Source of the DNA: Veleropilina oligotropha
Lineage: Eukaryota
Direction of reading: 5' to 3'
Length of the DNA stretch: 64,000 nt
Assembly (NCBI GenBank): GCA_048128005.1
Contig: JBEUKZ010000139.1
Location: 62,001 to 126,000 of the forward strand
A program made the position numbers and the translations under genes. Under the pieces are notes generated by a model. That model was not told the DNA's origin, made no database searches, and saw nothing but the letters and a program-made list of their open reading frames with translations. This document shows positions 24,461-38,255 of this stretch, piece by piece; within the stretch, counting starts at the first letter, position 1; each line of letters starts with the position of its first letter.

Positions 24461-25502
24461 TCAGCATCGCCATACATATGTGCTTACTTGATGGCATGCA
24501 AATCACCATATTACCTCAGTCCTGCATCAAACCACAAATCTGTTATTTCGAAGCCATAAGAGATGACAGCACTTTATTAATTTCCTTGTCTCTTGTAGAA
24601 CCATTTGTTCAAACGTGGCTCACGAAAGGAATCAAACTCTGCTTTATAAAGAAACATCGACTGCTGAACTTCTGGATTAAACGGAACTGAAAATTTTCAT
24701 GAAAATACTGTTTCTTTCCGAGGACGATGTGTGAACATGGATAAATTAGAATATGAATGTGCGGTGTGTGACGTCTCATTCAGTCGTTCGGCATATCAAA
24801 ATCAGCATATGGTAACTCATGTCGGGGATAATCCAGATCAATGCACACTGTCACGGTGTGCAGAATCATTTACTCTATCGGACAATCTAAAGACACACAT
24901 GCAGATCCATCCTGTTGACAAGCTACTTCACTCTCAATCTGCAGTTTGCAACAAGTCAATCATTGACACCAGTCGCTCAATTAGTAGTAAGTCAATTCAG
25001 ACCGAAGAAAAGCCACAATCTTCAATGTTTGTAAAATTGTTTAGGTATCCACCTGATCTCAAGAGACATCTGCTGTCTCGCATTCATGATAAACCTCTTC
25101 CAAAGTGTCTGGCAATGCAAAGCGACCACATCGATGCGTGTTATGTGATGATGCATTTAGCGATCCCGCTGATCTACGAAGTCATTTGTTTTCCCATACT
25201 GCTCTGGAAAACTCACCTCACTTGAACGACTTAAATACCCACAATGCATAAACATTACATCAATGTACACTTTGTGACAAAATATTTTATAAGCCATGGG
25301 GTCTAAAGAGACATTTGATATCCCACAGCGCGAAAGACTGTATCGTTGTGGACTGTGTCCGAAGTCGTTCACTCAGAAATCTTCTCTAAATGCTCACATT
25401 TTTGCCCACACTGGAGAGAGACCGTATATGTGTGCAGTTTGTGGGAAATCATTCACCGCATCGAGGAGCTTAAACAGGCACAATGTCACTCACACTGGGT
25501 AG

Positions 25503-26155
<653 letters not shown>

Positions 26156-26894
26156 TATAAACAGACATAAGCTCACACACACTGAATTTAGAGAAGCCGT
26201 ATATGTGTGATGATTGTGGAAAATCTTTTATGGCACCGAGCAGCTTAAACAGACAAGTTCACACACACTGAACAAGGGCGGATCCAGGATTTTCCAAAGG
26301 GGGGGGGTCCAAATTAACTGACATGAGCGGCCGAAGGCCGCGAACACTGAGCAGCCGTAGGCCGCGAATAGGTAGGGGGGTTTGGGGGCATGTTCCCCCA
26401 AGATTTTTTTTTATTTGGACCCTCTGAGAGGCGTTCTCCTGCATTCTGGGTCACATATTCACTAATTTATTTGTCTCAAAATTACATGTTTTTGAGTAGA
26501 AATTATTGTATTTTAAAATATTCGATAATAATAGTATTTGCTAATATGTTTGTATTTGAATCGATGTTAAATGTCCTGTTTTTGACAACGCTTAGGTTTG
26601 TATCACGACATGTCCATATTATCATGGTAGGAAAGCCTGGTTGACCAAAAGCTTTTCAACCTCACTCCTGTTAGACCATTAATGTATACTCAATACATAT
26701 CATATTGTAAATTCCGTTTTTCTATGTCGGTACCCAATTGTGGTTATGTGGGTAAAATGAAGCTTTCATTGATGTCGCCGCCACTATTCTGGTACACGTT
26801 CATGTTCCAAATGACCCTGGATGTTTAATTGGACTCTAGACCCCTGAAACCGTTTCGAATAAAAATATTTCAGTTTTATCAAATGTGTTCAGTT

Positions 26895-27138
26895 GTATGA
26901 ATTGAATCTAAGCTTAATGTCCTGTATATTTACAACCTTCTGGTTCAAGGGTTAGGACTTATCATCATGAGATAAATGCTCGGGGAAATCCACTGATCAG
27001 TTACTGACAACTGCGATTGATAACTGAACAAAGAATACCGTTGCCCAGCCGAGATTCGAACCCACTCCTGTTAGTTAGCGCAATCTAGGCAGTGATTTCA
27101 GATTCGACACTGGAGCCCAGACGACTGCCGGAGCGGTT
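26895..27138 (-). mobile_element. tRNA-derived SINE (family 1, diverged)
   Basis: GCTTAATGTCCTGTATATTTACAAC tail and GAGATTCGAACCCAC B box, both on the minus strand. Confidence 0.65.
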
Positions 27139-27256
27139 GATGGTAATGTATCATAGGCAGTGGCCTAGTGATTTAGTCGCAGGAAACGTTGTATATTTAG
27201 CGTATTTTACAACCGAGTTCAAACATTTATTTAAGTAAACCATAGCTGTACTCTTA

Positions 27257-28270
27257 GGCCCGATTTCTTGTCGAAGGTTGAACCTTCAATCGCAGTTGAA
27301 CTCCGCTTTAAGTAGAGTTCAAATACAGTTCGCATTTCTCGTCGCCGACTTAAAGTTGAACAGCGGTTCAAGTCGACTAAATTTTAAACCGTCAACATTG
27401 GCGATTTAAGAAGTTGAACCACGGATCAAGGGCTCTGATATCCCGATTATGAAGCCGTTTGAACTTTCGATAAGAAATGCGTCATATACGTAACGACAAG
27501 CTATTTTACAGACATACTGGATTTTATTGAGTTCTTTCGGTTACTCATGCAGATAATAACAACATCACTCCAAATAAAATATAATAATAAAATGCAGAGA
27601 CGAAATGAAAAATTAAACAAATATCAATTTTAGTTTTCTTATTTTGGGATCTAGCCAAATATTGTAGGACACGATATATTACTTGCATCTAGGTTATTAG
27701 AATAACAAAATTGTCATTTGCATTCCATAAAGTTGTATTTTAATAAACGCTGCATTCCAATGAACGAAATTCTATTAAAACACTGTATTATAGATCTGCT
27801 CTTTTTCATTCCACCTGAATGACTGAATTTATTGTAACATTTCTTACTCACTGAATGCTCTGCTCATAAAGAGTGGTTTCAAATCACGGTTTCATCATTT
27901 TTGTATTTTTTCTTCGGCGATTGTGTAAAACTGAATATTATCTAAAATATTAATATAAATATAAGATTAAGAATTTCCATCTGATATAAAATCACATCGT
28001 CGTATTCATTGTGCATGCAGAGGTTCATACTTGTGCTGAATGATGGCTTCCACAGTCATGTCCTCGTTGCTCAGCATATGTGACAAGACTGTGAAAAGAC
28101 CTTTTATGGGGAGGTACTCGTAACAGCCGTGGCTTTGCTGAGCGTCGTAATGCTTTTGAACGAGAAATCAGTTTAAACATCATCGGCGATTTAGCTAAAA
28201 CCATCGTTCAACTAATCCTGAACCACGGTTTAAATCACTCAATACTAAACCTCCGACAAGAAATCGGGCC
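27257..28270. mobile_element. PIF/Harbinger-like MITE
   Basis: TIRs GGCCCGATTTCTTGTCGAAGGTT / AACCTCCGACAAGAAATCGGGCC; TTA TSD on both sides. Confidence 0.85.
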
Positions 28271-28519
28271 TTAGTGTTCATTTACTTGTAATCGTCACCT
28301 TATTTGTCTGGCTGCATATTAGCTAAAATTTGAATTGATGGATGAATTGGTGTTAACACCCATGTCAACATTTATTCCGTCTTATTGATCCTGATAATAT
28401 TGACTAATTGCATTTATTCTTAATGAATAAAGCTATCATTATTTTCACTATATTTCCTCTGCATTACAATTAGCGATCTCGGTGGCTGAGTGTATAGCGC
28501 CGGAGACTCCATTTAAATT

Positions 28520-28738
28520 GTAGGTTGGTTTGGTTTCGTAATTTGTTTTACGACCACTTTGGCAATTGTTCAGCCTTAACGCAGTCAGAATCCCCGGTTT
28601 AACGTCTCTATCCGAAGTCGGAACAGATGGAGCAATTGTGTCTTATTTCCTTGCCCAAGGGAAATCGTCGCTAGCGGGTTTCGAACGCAGTACTCTGAAC
28701 ACCAGAGATCTACGCTGTACCACTGTGCCACGGCGGCC
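28520..28738 (-). mobile_element. tRNA-derived SINE (tail shared with family 2)
   Basis: TTTTACGACCACTTTGGCAATT..TCAGCCTTAACG matches 45015-45052; minus-strand head GGCCGCCGTGGCACAGTGGTA and GTTCGAAACCC. Confidence 0.7.
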
Positions 28739-29171
28739 TACCAATGAACCTGTAGGGTGAATCAGTAATGCATGCGACTCGTCGACAACTCGCATTGCAG
28801 CGTAACATGATATAGTGGAATGCAGTATGCGGCATTGCCATTATTTGTTTTATGCATCTCAAAGGGGGCATTCCTGACCTCCTTTCTCCCCTCATCGATT
28901 TGCTTGGGCCATATTCAATATTGTGTTAGTGAAATTCAAAAGGGAAGTCCAATCCGCAAGAGTTTAACTATGTGAAGCCCCCCCCCCCCCCCTCTCTTGC
29001 ATTCTGACAGTTCAAACTCAATATTTGTACCATCATTTACGAACCATTTTCACCAAAATATAATGTGTAGTAATCCCCAAAAAATCTTTTTCTGATTTTC
29101 AAAAGGGGGGGGGGGGTCAGGACCCGCTGGACCCCCCCCCCTGGATCCGCTAGTGCTGAAGACAAGTTTTA

Positions 29172-29501
29172 GGCCAAAAAATTCTTTGGTTCCTGTTACA
29201 TGGTCATAAAAATTAGGGTAGGTAGGTAGGTAAATATTTTTATTTTTGTAAAAGTTTTTTCATATATGTATCAAATTTTCCCAAAATTAAACAACCAACT
29301 GCAGAAAACTCCATGTCATATGGTAATATGCGACCATTAATCGTATTTAATAGACATGACACACATCACAAAGCCTTACAGAGAGAAAACAGGATGGTCA
29401 GGGCGAGATATGGATTTAAAAAAAAGGTAAATCACTTAAAAAGTTTAGGGTAGGGTCGAAAATTTAGGTAAGGTAAAAGGAACCAAGACTTTTTTTTGGC
29501 C
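29172..29501. mobile_element. MITE with GGCCAAAAAA TIRs and TTA TSD (Harbinger-like)
   Basis: GGCCAAAAAATTCTTTGGTTCC / GGAACCAAGACTTTTTTTTGGCC; TTA on both sides; inserted in a zinc-finger linker. Confidence 0.8.
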
Positions 29502-30034
29502 TTATATGTGTGCCGAGTGTGGAGCATCATTCAATGCACTAAGAGCTTAAACTATCATCAGCTCACACATAATGTCAAGAAGCCGTTACGTACATGTGGA
29601 AAATCTTTCAGTACATTGCGAAGCTTAAGCAAACATAAGATCACCCACACTGGAGATAAACCATATACGTGTGTGATGATTGTGGGAAGTCCTTCAATGT
29701 GTCGAGCAGTTTAAACAGACATAAGCTAACTCATAGCGGCGTAAAGACGTACTCGTGTGCATTTTGTGTAAAGTTTTTCCATGATTCTGAAACTCTAAAT
29801 AAACACATTTTAACCGACAGTTAAATTTAACCTTGAAAATAGTGTGTCTGCGTCATCTGTGAAACATCATTCAATCGCATTGATAATTTAAAAAAGAATT
29901 GTTAACCCTGACTGTGTTGTCATGTACATGTTACTTGTATACTATATACAGGATATTGGTGTGATAAAACGTTAAAACTCTCAAGTAGGCTAGATGATAG
30001 TCTAGCGCACCATCAGATTCTCTCGCTCGAAACA

Positions 30035-30260
30035 GCCGTGTGGTATCGGTGCCAACTCGTAGTTCACTGATCTGTGTAACATGATTGTGTTCGAACCTTG
30101 ATTAGGCAGTTAGGGCAATTGAATTATTTAGTTGTTCAGTTACCAGTGACAGATGTTCATAACTGACCGGAGAGGATGGGTTTTTCCGGGGACTGGGTTT
30201 TCCCCCTGCGATAATATGAACATATCCTGAAGGTTGTAAATATACAAGAAATAATCCAAC
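30035..30260 (+). mobile_element. SINE (family 1, diverged)
   Basis: CAGCCGTGTGGTATCGGT head, GTTCGAACC B box, GGGTTTTCCCCCTGCGATAA core, GTTGTAAATATACAAG tail. Confidence 0.6.
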
Positions 30261-30582
30261 AATATGCTGTATATGATATGTTAGTCAAGATATATAATGG
30301 GAACAATATTTAAAGATGCTGATTCCGCTTCGTTACATAATTTACATTTGAAAGAACACGACAAATGAGGTATTGTGTGTATTTATCACATACTCATTTG
30401 ACGATTCGCAAGTTAAAATGCAGCATAACGTATTCTAATTATTAGATAATCGCTTCAGTCATAGAAAAACTTTTAGCATGAACGGTTGCATTAGAAGCCA
30501 TTGAATGTAACTGGAAGTTCCGCCACAAGGTGATTTTGCATCGAGAGGATTTGCAACAAAGTCGTGGAGGTTTCCCCCGTCG

Positions 30583-31063
30583 TTTTTTGGCCCGCCTTCT
30601 AAAGGCAGGGCTATAGCCGTGTACTGGCGTCCGTCGTCCGTCCATCCGTCGTCCGTCGCCTGATGCTTTCTGTCACATAGAAGATGAACCGCTGGACTTA
30701 CTCATTTCATATTTGGTATACATCTTATATACCATCAGGCCTAGCCCAAGTTCAAAGATGGGGTCGCTGGGTCAAAGGTCAAGGTCATTTTCGTGTATTT
30801 CCGTTCTGGCACTTCGAAGATTGCTTTCTGTCACATAGAAGATGAACCGCTGGACCTACAGCTTTCATCTTGGGTATGCACCTTGTATACCATCAGGCCT
30901 TGGTTAAGTTCAAAAATGGAGTCTCTGGGTCAAAGGTCAAGGTCATTTTCGTGTATTTCCGTTCCAGATGGCACTTTGAAGATATAGAGTTATTGATTAT
31001 TTTCCTCTCTATGGATTTATATATCCAAAAGGCGGGCCTGTATGAGGATCGTACCGCTAGTGT
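30583..31063 (+). mobile_element. Helentron-associated non-autonomous element (HINE/pearl-like)
   Basis: T-run, subterminal inverted repeat GGCCCGCCTT / AAGGCGGGCC, (CGTC)n microsatellite, two ~158-bp core repeats containing GGTCAAAGGTCAAGGTCA, ends CTAGT. Confidence 0.8.
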
Positions 31064-31168
31064 AATGTTACAGTATCATACATTAATAATAGTAATATAC
31101 GTATCATATAATTTTATAATACGGTGCATGCCATTATTGTTATATATATATATTGTTATATATATATA

Positions 31169-31688
31169 TTTATCACATGACAACGCTGTTATGGAACGGT
31201 TTTAGCCGTTCCATAAATTTCCATATAAAAGACACGTCTCATAAGTATGCAAATGAGGGAGCGCGAGATGCCCTGTCGTCGCATCTGGCGCCAAGTTGAT
31301 TAGGCGGCGAATCACCCTCATTAACATAATGAATAATTCATACGCGTTCACTTGTCGATTACTAACGTTGAACTACTTTTTATTGGCGTACTGGCGTGGC
31401 GCGTGCTGTCGAGGCGTGAAGCGTCTGGGTCAGGCCGTTTAATGACTGGAATTAATGACATAAATTAGTTTTAAAACGTAAAGAAATGTGTTTAAAAACG
31501 CAATAAAATAAGTTTAAAGGTAAATAAAGTCATGTGATAAAGAAGATATGAAACTTGTGTCCATTTCATATGAGAATTATGAAACTCGTCAGCAAATTTA
31601 TGTACCTCGCCAAGGCTCGGTACATAAATTGTGCCCGACTCGTTTCATAATTCTCATATGGAATGGACACTCGTTCGATATCCTCTAT
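31169..31688 (-). mobile_element. Crypton-like hairpin element, copy B
   Basis: Perfect 13-bp inverted repeats TTTATCACATGAC (31169-31181) / GTCATGTGATAAA (31529-31541); hairpin 31545-31682 with TC/TC mismatches (GA/GA on minus strand); terminus CTCTAT (ATAGAG on minus). Confidence 0.75.
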
Positions 31689-31784
31689 TTATGTATACAT
31701 GTATATTGATATGTTCGAAACTTCCAGAAACCCCCGTCATTTCAGAAATAATATCAAACTGACCAGCTGTGTTACATTGGGCAC

Positions 31785-32481
31785 ATGTATCCAGAGGGGG
31801 GTGCGGGGGGTGTACACCCCCCCCCCCCCATGGGAGTGCCCTTTTCAGAGCTGATATGTTTTTGTATAATCACTTAATAATCATATTTACTATGCAAATG
31901 TTGCTTTAATTATACTGAGTGTGGAAGCTGAGAGATCATTTTCTTGTTTCAGAGGTTTAAAAACGTACTTAAGAAGTTCAAAGGGAGAAGAACGAATGTC
32001 CTCCTTAACACTTATGAATATCTTTCATAATGTCGAAGTTGACATTAATGCTGTGTGCAATGAATTTCTTGGGAAACATAATCGAAGACTGTTTCAACAA
32101 AGCATCTATAAACATAGGAAGTGTTGTTCTTAAGAAACACGACTTCGTTACTTAGCAGATAAAACAGTTGATTTGATTTTAATCATAAGTTTTACAACCA
32201 CTTTTAAAAAAGTTCAGTTGTATCGTAGTTGGGACGTCGCGGTTTAACGTCTCTATTCACCACCAGAATGCACCATTCATGTACATTAAAAAAAATCCGA
32301 TGTCATAGGAGAGAAAAATATGCCTCCCAACAGTGTAGATAAAGGCCCTGAGAATGCAGGAAAACGCATCTCAGAGCATCTAGATTTCTGGGGGGGCATG
32401 CCACCGAACCCCCTACCACAGCTTCGTGCCCTTATTATATCATGGCACCCCTCCCTTCACAATTTCCTGGATCCGCCCCTG
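31785..32481 (+). mobile_element. Deleted hAT element with C-terminal dimerisation-domain remnant
   Basis: EAERSFSCFRGLKTYLRSSKGEERMSSLTLMNIFHNVEVD at 31921-32133; right TIR CCTGGATCCGCCCCTG; left end degenerate. Confidence 0.75.
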
Positions 32482-34763
32482 GTATCGAACATAGACATAC
32501 ACTGCACGTGCAGATCATGCTGGTCATGATGTCACAACTCTGGTCAATTGCACTTGCAGTGAAACGCCACAACCTCATGGTTCATTCTCCGAATAAAACT
32601 AAGGAAAATCAAAATGCCACCAAGAGTGTACATGACTGAAAATGAGAAATTATGCGCAATAGGCATGCTACAATTTATGTATTTACTGTTGTTTCACTGT
32701 ATTTTTAATAATTAATTTGATCCAAAACCGTTCCCGGCGGATTTCGTCGGTAACCTGCTCGTCATAAATGGTGCTTGAGAGACATGAGCTAGGGTTGGGA
32801 AGACACGTCAACGCTGTCTCATATGTCATAGGAGTAGCTAGGATATATCATGAAACATAACATCACTGTGACTGTTAAATAAAAAAGTCTCTGATCTGAG
32901 GATTTGAACAAATTGTGGAGAAAGGATCGGACCTTAAAGTTAAACCCGCATGACCATTGTTGCGGCCCTATTTGAGTGCAAAATTTCATTGAGTTATGTC
33001 AGATGTTGAGAATGATTCATATTTGACTTGCCACAGTGCCACGATTTGTTGAGTATGCAAAACAACAGACCACCGTGCGTTAAATAACACTCTCGTATCA
33101 AAGAGTTGGGTAATTATAACGACATTTTCCCTCTGTTGCAGTTCTCCGGCTTCTATTTTGTCAGTGAGGATTCTACCCAACCCTGGCATCTATTTAAGTT
33201 ATGGATTTGATTACAAGCTGACCTCTGTTCTTTCATGCGCGTCCGCTGCCTCAGATGATCTGGAAGTGGTCGTTAATGAAATTCACTAAGATTACCACAT
33301 CGGCAGCCATTTTGAACTCTTGTTATGGCTTCTCCTGCAGATTGTTAAGGCCCATTGACACTGGAACATCATTGTTATAATGGTGTGTGGAATATGGAAG
33401 AATCAGTTTATCCTAAGGTCATTTATTATAGAGGGGTGGGTCATGAAAAAAAGATACAGGCTTTAGGGTTGGGTCATGAAAAAAACCCCACAGTGTTAGC
33501 GTGAGGGTCATGAAAAAATAACACAACATTTTGTAATACACAGAATGCAGGAGAGGGTGTTTCACACCTTTAATTGTCAAATTGTTTCTCTGCGTGGGGT
33601 CCCAACCCCACGCGAACAATTGATCACAGGTTGTGAAAGGTTGACTCTAGTAGTAGTAGCCCTTTTGAAAATGACAGTGGTTTTAGGGTTTGCACTCTCA
33701 AAATGCGGGAGAGGGGGTTTCCAGTGGCGTAGGAGCCCGGGGGGGGGGAGGGGTAGAGGGGATTTTTTAGAATTTGCAAATGCCCTTGGATTTGCACTCA
33801 AATTATATAAGCGGGCTCAAAGTTTGTTATAAAATAATGGGTATAACATCCCACCCCCCCCCCCCCCCCCTTAAATTTTTATTGGTGCCCTTTAATAGAC
33901 AGACTCAAAAGTATATATCCGACTTCATAGTTTCTATGTGTGCACCATCTACAGAATTGATTTTACCGTCTATTTTAGATCAAAATCCGTGCTCGAGCAA
34001 AATCTGCTCTCTATCAACCATGCCCACTTTATGCAATTATGTGCGATTTTTATACAATAAGGGGGTATTTCACCCCCCAATATTTTACTGATGCCCATAG
34101 ACAGAAGACTTAAAGTATATATCTGACTTCATAGCTTTTATCACACGTACAATATCTTGAGATATCTGCATCTACCGACAGTCACCATTCTAAGGAGTAT
34201 AATTATTATACAGCGGACTGGGCATGAAGCTATTACATGCCTACACCTTTTATGAAGTGGTGAAGTGATTCGTAAATATTGTCATGAAATATCACATTTA
34301 CATCATCAGAATAAAGGAGAGGGTGTTTCGCACGGTTAATTGTCAAAAATTTCTTCTATGGAGTGGTGAAATGATTCGTATATGTTGTTAAGAACTATCA
34401 CATTTACATCATCAGAATACAGGAGAGGGTGTTTCGCACGATAATTTGTCAAAAAATCTTCCCCGGGGGAACAGAGTCCCACGACGCGGGCCATTTGTAG
34501 TATAATTAGACCCCGTAAGGCCCTTCAAAGTCCTGTTGACCATCATGTCCCCCTCAATGTTGTAGTCCCTGGTCATATATACAGTTGCATATTATATTTC
34601 AAAAACGTCTTTGGCCTATCTTTCAACTTGAAAACTTTTACAGAGTGGTGAAATAATTAAAAGATGTTGGTAAGAAATAGCACATTAGCGATCTCATAAT
34701 ATAGGAGAGGGGGTTTATCCATATCCTTATTAATACCCTTCTGCACGCCTGGAAACACATGAA

Positions 34764-35568
34764 CACGACGACGTTGGTATACCGTTCTTTTTCTGATGAA
34801 TCCAGACTTTATTTACAACGTGGTGATGACAGGGTGCGCGTCTACCGTGGGAGAAATGAACGCTATGCTGACTGTTGTGTTCTAGAACGAGATCGTTTCG
34901 GGGTTGGGGGTTCTATAATGATTTGAGCAGCTATTACCAATGGTTATCGTTCACCACTAGTCGTCATTGATGGCAATTTAAATGCTCAACGTTACCTCGA
35001 TGACATTCTCGCCCATCACATCATTCATCTGCTCCATAACATTGCCAACATCTCGATGTTTCAGCATGATAAGGCCACATCTCATGCAGCTAGAGACACT
35101 GTAAATTTTATTAGGACAAATAACATTGATTTCATTGATTACTGGCCCGCTAAAAGACCTGATCTCAACCCGATCGAGCACTTATGGGATAGTCTGGACA
35201 GACGAGTGAGGCGTCGTCCCAGCCCACTCACGAACATCAGCGAACTTCGTCAACCGCTCATGCAGGAATGGAACAATATTCCACAGGCAGAAATCAACAC
35301 TTTAGTTAATTCCATGCGCCGGCGATGCAATACAGTGGTCAGTTCAAGAGGTGGTCATACCCGTTATTAAGCCTTATTCTTGGTTTTTATCTCTATCTCA
35401 CTTGGTCAAAATTTATCGCGTTTTCTTTTAACCTATGGCCATCATTTTTGCACCAAACGATGCATCATGGAACACTCTTTAAACGCATATATCAATGATT
35501 TCCCCGGTTTGTTTTCATTCAGCTATGTTCAAGCAAACTTAGCGGAAGTTTCTTATTTTGTTCAGTAT
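34764..35568 (+). mobile_element. 5'-truncated Tc1-family transposon (DDE catalytic region, pseudogene) with right TIR
   Basis: VLFSDESR...MFQHDKA...WPAKRPDLNPIEHLW...RGGHTRY*, with an in-frame stop near 34925; ends TTTTGTTCAGTA then TA. Confidence 0.9.
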
Positions 35569-36256
35569 ATATATTTATTTTGATAATTATATAAATACTT
35601 GGCATTGTTTATTTATTTCAACAGATCATATATTATTAACACATTGACAACGGTATATTGACCGTTCGTTATCCATAGATAATCACAGTAACTTGGAATT
35701 TCATATACCAATGAAAAATCCGTAACCTCACTAGGATTCGAACTCTGTCCTATCAGGTACACCATGAAATATCAGTCACCGGTACCACTCGAGTGCCCGA
35801 GGTTCGTTGGCATCGTATACAAGATCAGATCGTCATAAATCATAAATCCATGTTTGCCAGGTAATAGTCGGTAGTTTTTGTAGCTTTACGCTGCAAACAG
35901 ACAGTTAAATGAACGCCCTATGTCTCTAAAGATTTATTCTAAAAATGTGGTTAAGATGTGTCGCCTATAGTCCGTGGCGAAAAACGCGGTTCGGAATGTT
36001 GTACGACATACATCTGAATAAGAGTGACTTTCTTAGTGTGAAAAACTGCGATACGGCATAAATTTTTTCCAAAAGTTGCCAAGTTGTCTGTCCGTATCGG
36101 ACTCTGTGCCACTAACTCATTCTGATTCATATGTTGTCCCTCTGTGTCACTCACTCATTCTGATTCATATATTGTCCATCTGTTTCTCCCTTGATTCTCT
36201 GTCATATTACATTCATGGAAATTAACAACTCATATCCTCTTCATTATATTTCATAC

Positions 36257-36401
36257 CTGAATTCTGAGGTAAATTGCGTAGTGACTACTTTTTTCGCTTC
36301 CGGTTGCTTGTTGATTGTAGATTGTTCCTCGCGTTCCCTCTTCTGTCCTCTCGCTTCATTTTCCTGCTTATCCATATCCTTATTAATACCCTTCTGCACG
36401 C
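36257..36401 (-). CDS. Putative third coding exon of the TRIM-like gene
   Basis: TTTCCAG| acceptor and AG|GTATGA donor; open frame VQKGINKDMDKQENEARGQKRERE..., phase-compatible with exon 36885-36969. Confidence 0.5.
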
Positions 36402-36884
36402 CTGGAAACACATGAAATACCGATATTGTACACACATACAAGAATAAGTCATACGCTCTCTGAAGGGATATTTTATTCTAAGAGCATGTAGAGCGATCTT
36501 ATCGTGTCTCCATACAGCAGCAACGCTTACATTGTGTGGGAGATGTTAGTTATGAGGTGGAAGAAAAGGTCCGGAATTTCTTAAAATCATCACCGAAATA
36601 TTGTATTATCAAGCATTATAATTATGTCCCGTCGGAGCTTACGTATGTTTTTACACAACCATTGAAACATGAAAAATGTTGTTTCGGCATATTCGAAGCC
36701 AGTCATCAAGCGTAGCCTAGTGCCATACTTCCGAACCAAAATTAGAAATGTACCTTATACAAACTTTTAAGCCAGCGAAATTGTAACTAAATTTGTCCAA
36801 AATAATTATTGGCGATTTTAAATTGAAGTAATGCAACTAAACAAACAATGACCTTACTTGTCGTCTGCTGTTAGTTGACCTTAC

Positions 36885-36969
36885 TTGTCGTCTGCTCTTC
36901 GTTACGGGTTTTCTTATTCACTGCTGATGCACTCACATCCAACCAGGGAAACAGATTTGGTTTCCTACC
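36885..36969 (-). CDS. Putative second coding exon of the TRIM-like gene
   Basis: TACAG| acceptor and AA|GTAAGG donor; reads GRKPNLFPWLDVSASAVNKKTRNEEQTT; phase 0 in (matches exon 1), phase 1 out (matches the next exon). Confidence 0.45.
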
Positions 36970-37344
36970 CTGTATTACATCATTTCTCTGAAATTGCATA
37001 ATTCATCAATCGCAAATATTATAATTTTATTATAATGCGCAAAGAATTAACGAAATAATATATATGTCTACAGTATACAACAAACGCCCTATCTTGTCCA
37101 TCATTTTTATGATATTGACAGGTGCAGACAGATGAATGTGTGTTTACCTGGCGCAAAGACAGATGCAACTTCGAGGGCGGACAGTCTGACAGCGTGATAA
37201 TGCATCGTGCTTACTGTTATTGGGACAAATAACATCGAGAGGAACAGTCCAGAGACTATGAAAGAGAAGTACCGAGCATCGTTTCCGAAGCTGAGAGGCG
37301 ATGATAAGAGAAACGTTCTTGGTGGCTGTCTGCTTCCAATGAGA

Positions 37345-37607
37345 GGAAGGGAGGGAGGAATGATGCTTATTGTCCTGTATATTTACACCGTCGAGGTTCA
37401 AGGCAGGACATGTCCGTGTTATCGCGGGAGGAAACCCCGGTAGCCCGGGTAAACCCGCCCTCTTCGGCCAGTCGCCGACAACTATTTAACTTGAACAAAT
37501 TTCAATGCCACAGCCAGGTATTGAACCCACTACTGTTCGCATTAGCGGAATCAAGCCAGTGAATTTAGAGTGGACACTCTTACCCACTGCGCTGCCGAAG
37601 CGGCCCC
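37345..37607 (-). mobile_element. tRNA-derived SINE (family 1), full length
   Basis: Close reverse complement of 21877-22136; TSD TCCAATGAGA at 37335-37344 and 37608-37617. Confidence 0.9.
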
Positions 37608-38255
37608 TCCAATGAGATAATCCAGGATATTGTTGGATAAGATGACAGTGAGTTGTGAGACAAATTTGAGGGCGGGGGACGTTTTACTTCAGAGATGGGC
37701 TGCACCATGCCAAGAAGTGTTCCGAATTGTTGATCAGGGGAGTAAATAGGGCAGTATAAGAGCATTTAAACTATAACTACGGGCGAAGTTGGGCCAACAT
37801 ACAATGGAATACACAGAGGATCGCGATGTAAACTATGCAAAGAAAGAGAAACGGGGCCTTCAAAATCTAGAGACGTAAAATCAGATGAAGACAAAAGCAT
37901 CAATAATTGGTTAAAAATTACATTTAAAAAAGGGCAGAGTGTGGTAAATAAACATTTAGGAAAATTAGAAACACTATTAGATGCGCAATACCCAGATGCT
38001 GGACATGGATAAACAACAACATAAAATATGCAGAGCTAAATGTAATTGGTTACAGCTTATACAGAGAGGATAGAACATATGCTTTAAATACAGAAGGGGG
38101 TGGGTATTAGTAAAATCTATATATTACAGATGAGCTATTAAAATTCTGTTTCCTGTGATTATTATAAAATAAAATCTGTTCTTTTAACGGGTTGTGATAA
38201 ACGGTGTTTAAGTCAAAGTGGAAGAAGGCAAGTTTTGGGGCCATTGCTGTTGCTT

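Larger units (their letters stand above)
26273..29155. mobile_element. hAT-like MITE with 5-bp TSD, with nested insertions
   Basis: TIRs CAAGGGCGGATCCAG / CTGGATCCGCTAGTG; TSD CTGAA at 26268-26272 and 29156-29160. Confidence 0.85.

Noticed and set aside
32986..33340. Fourth TRIM exon
   Set aside because: An acceptor-like CTGCAG is present, but the phase-compatible frame stops after ~13 codons and no domain is recognisable.
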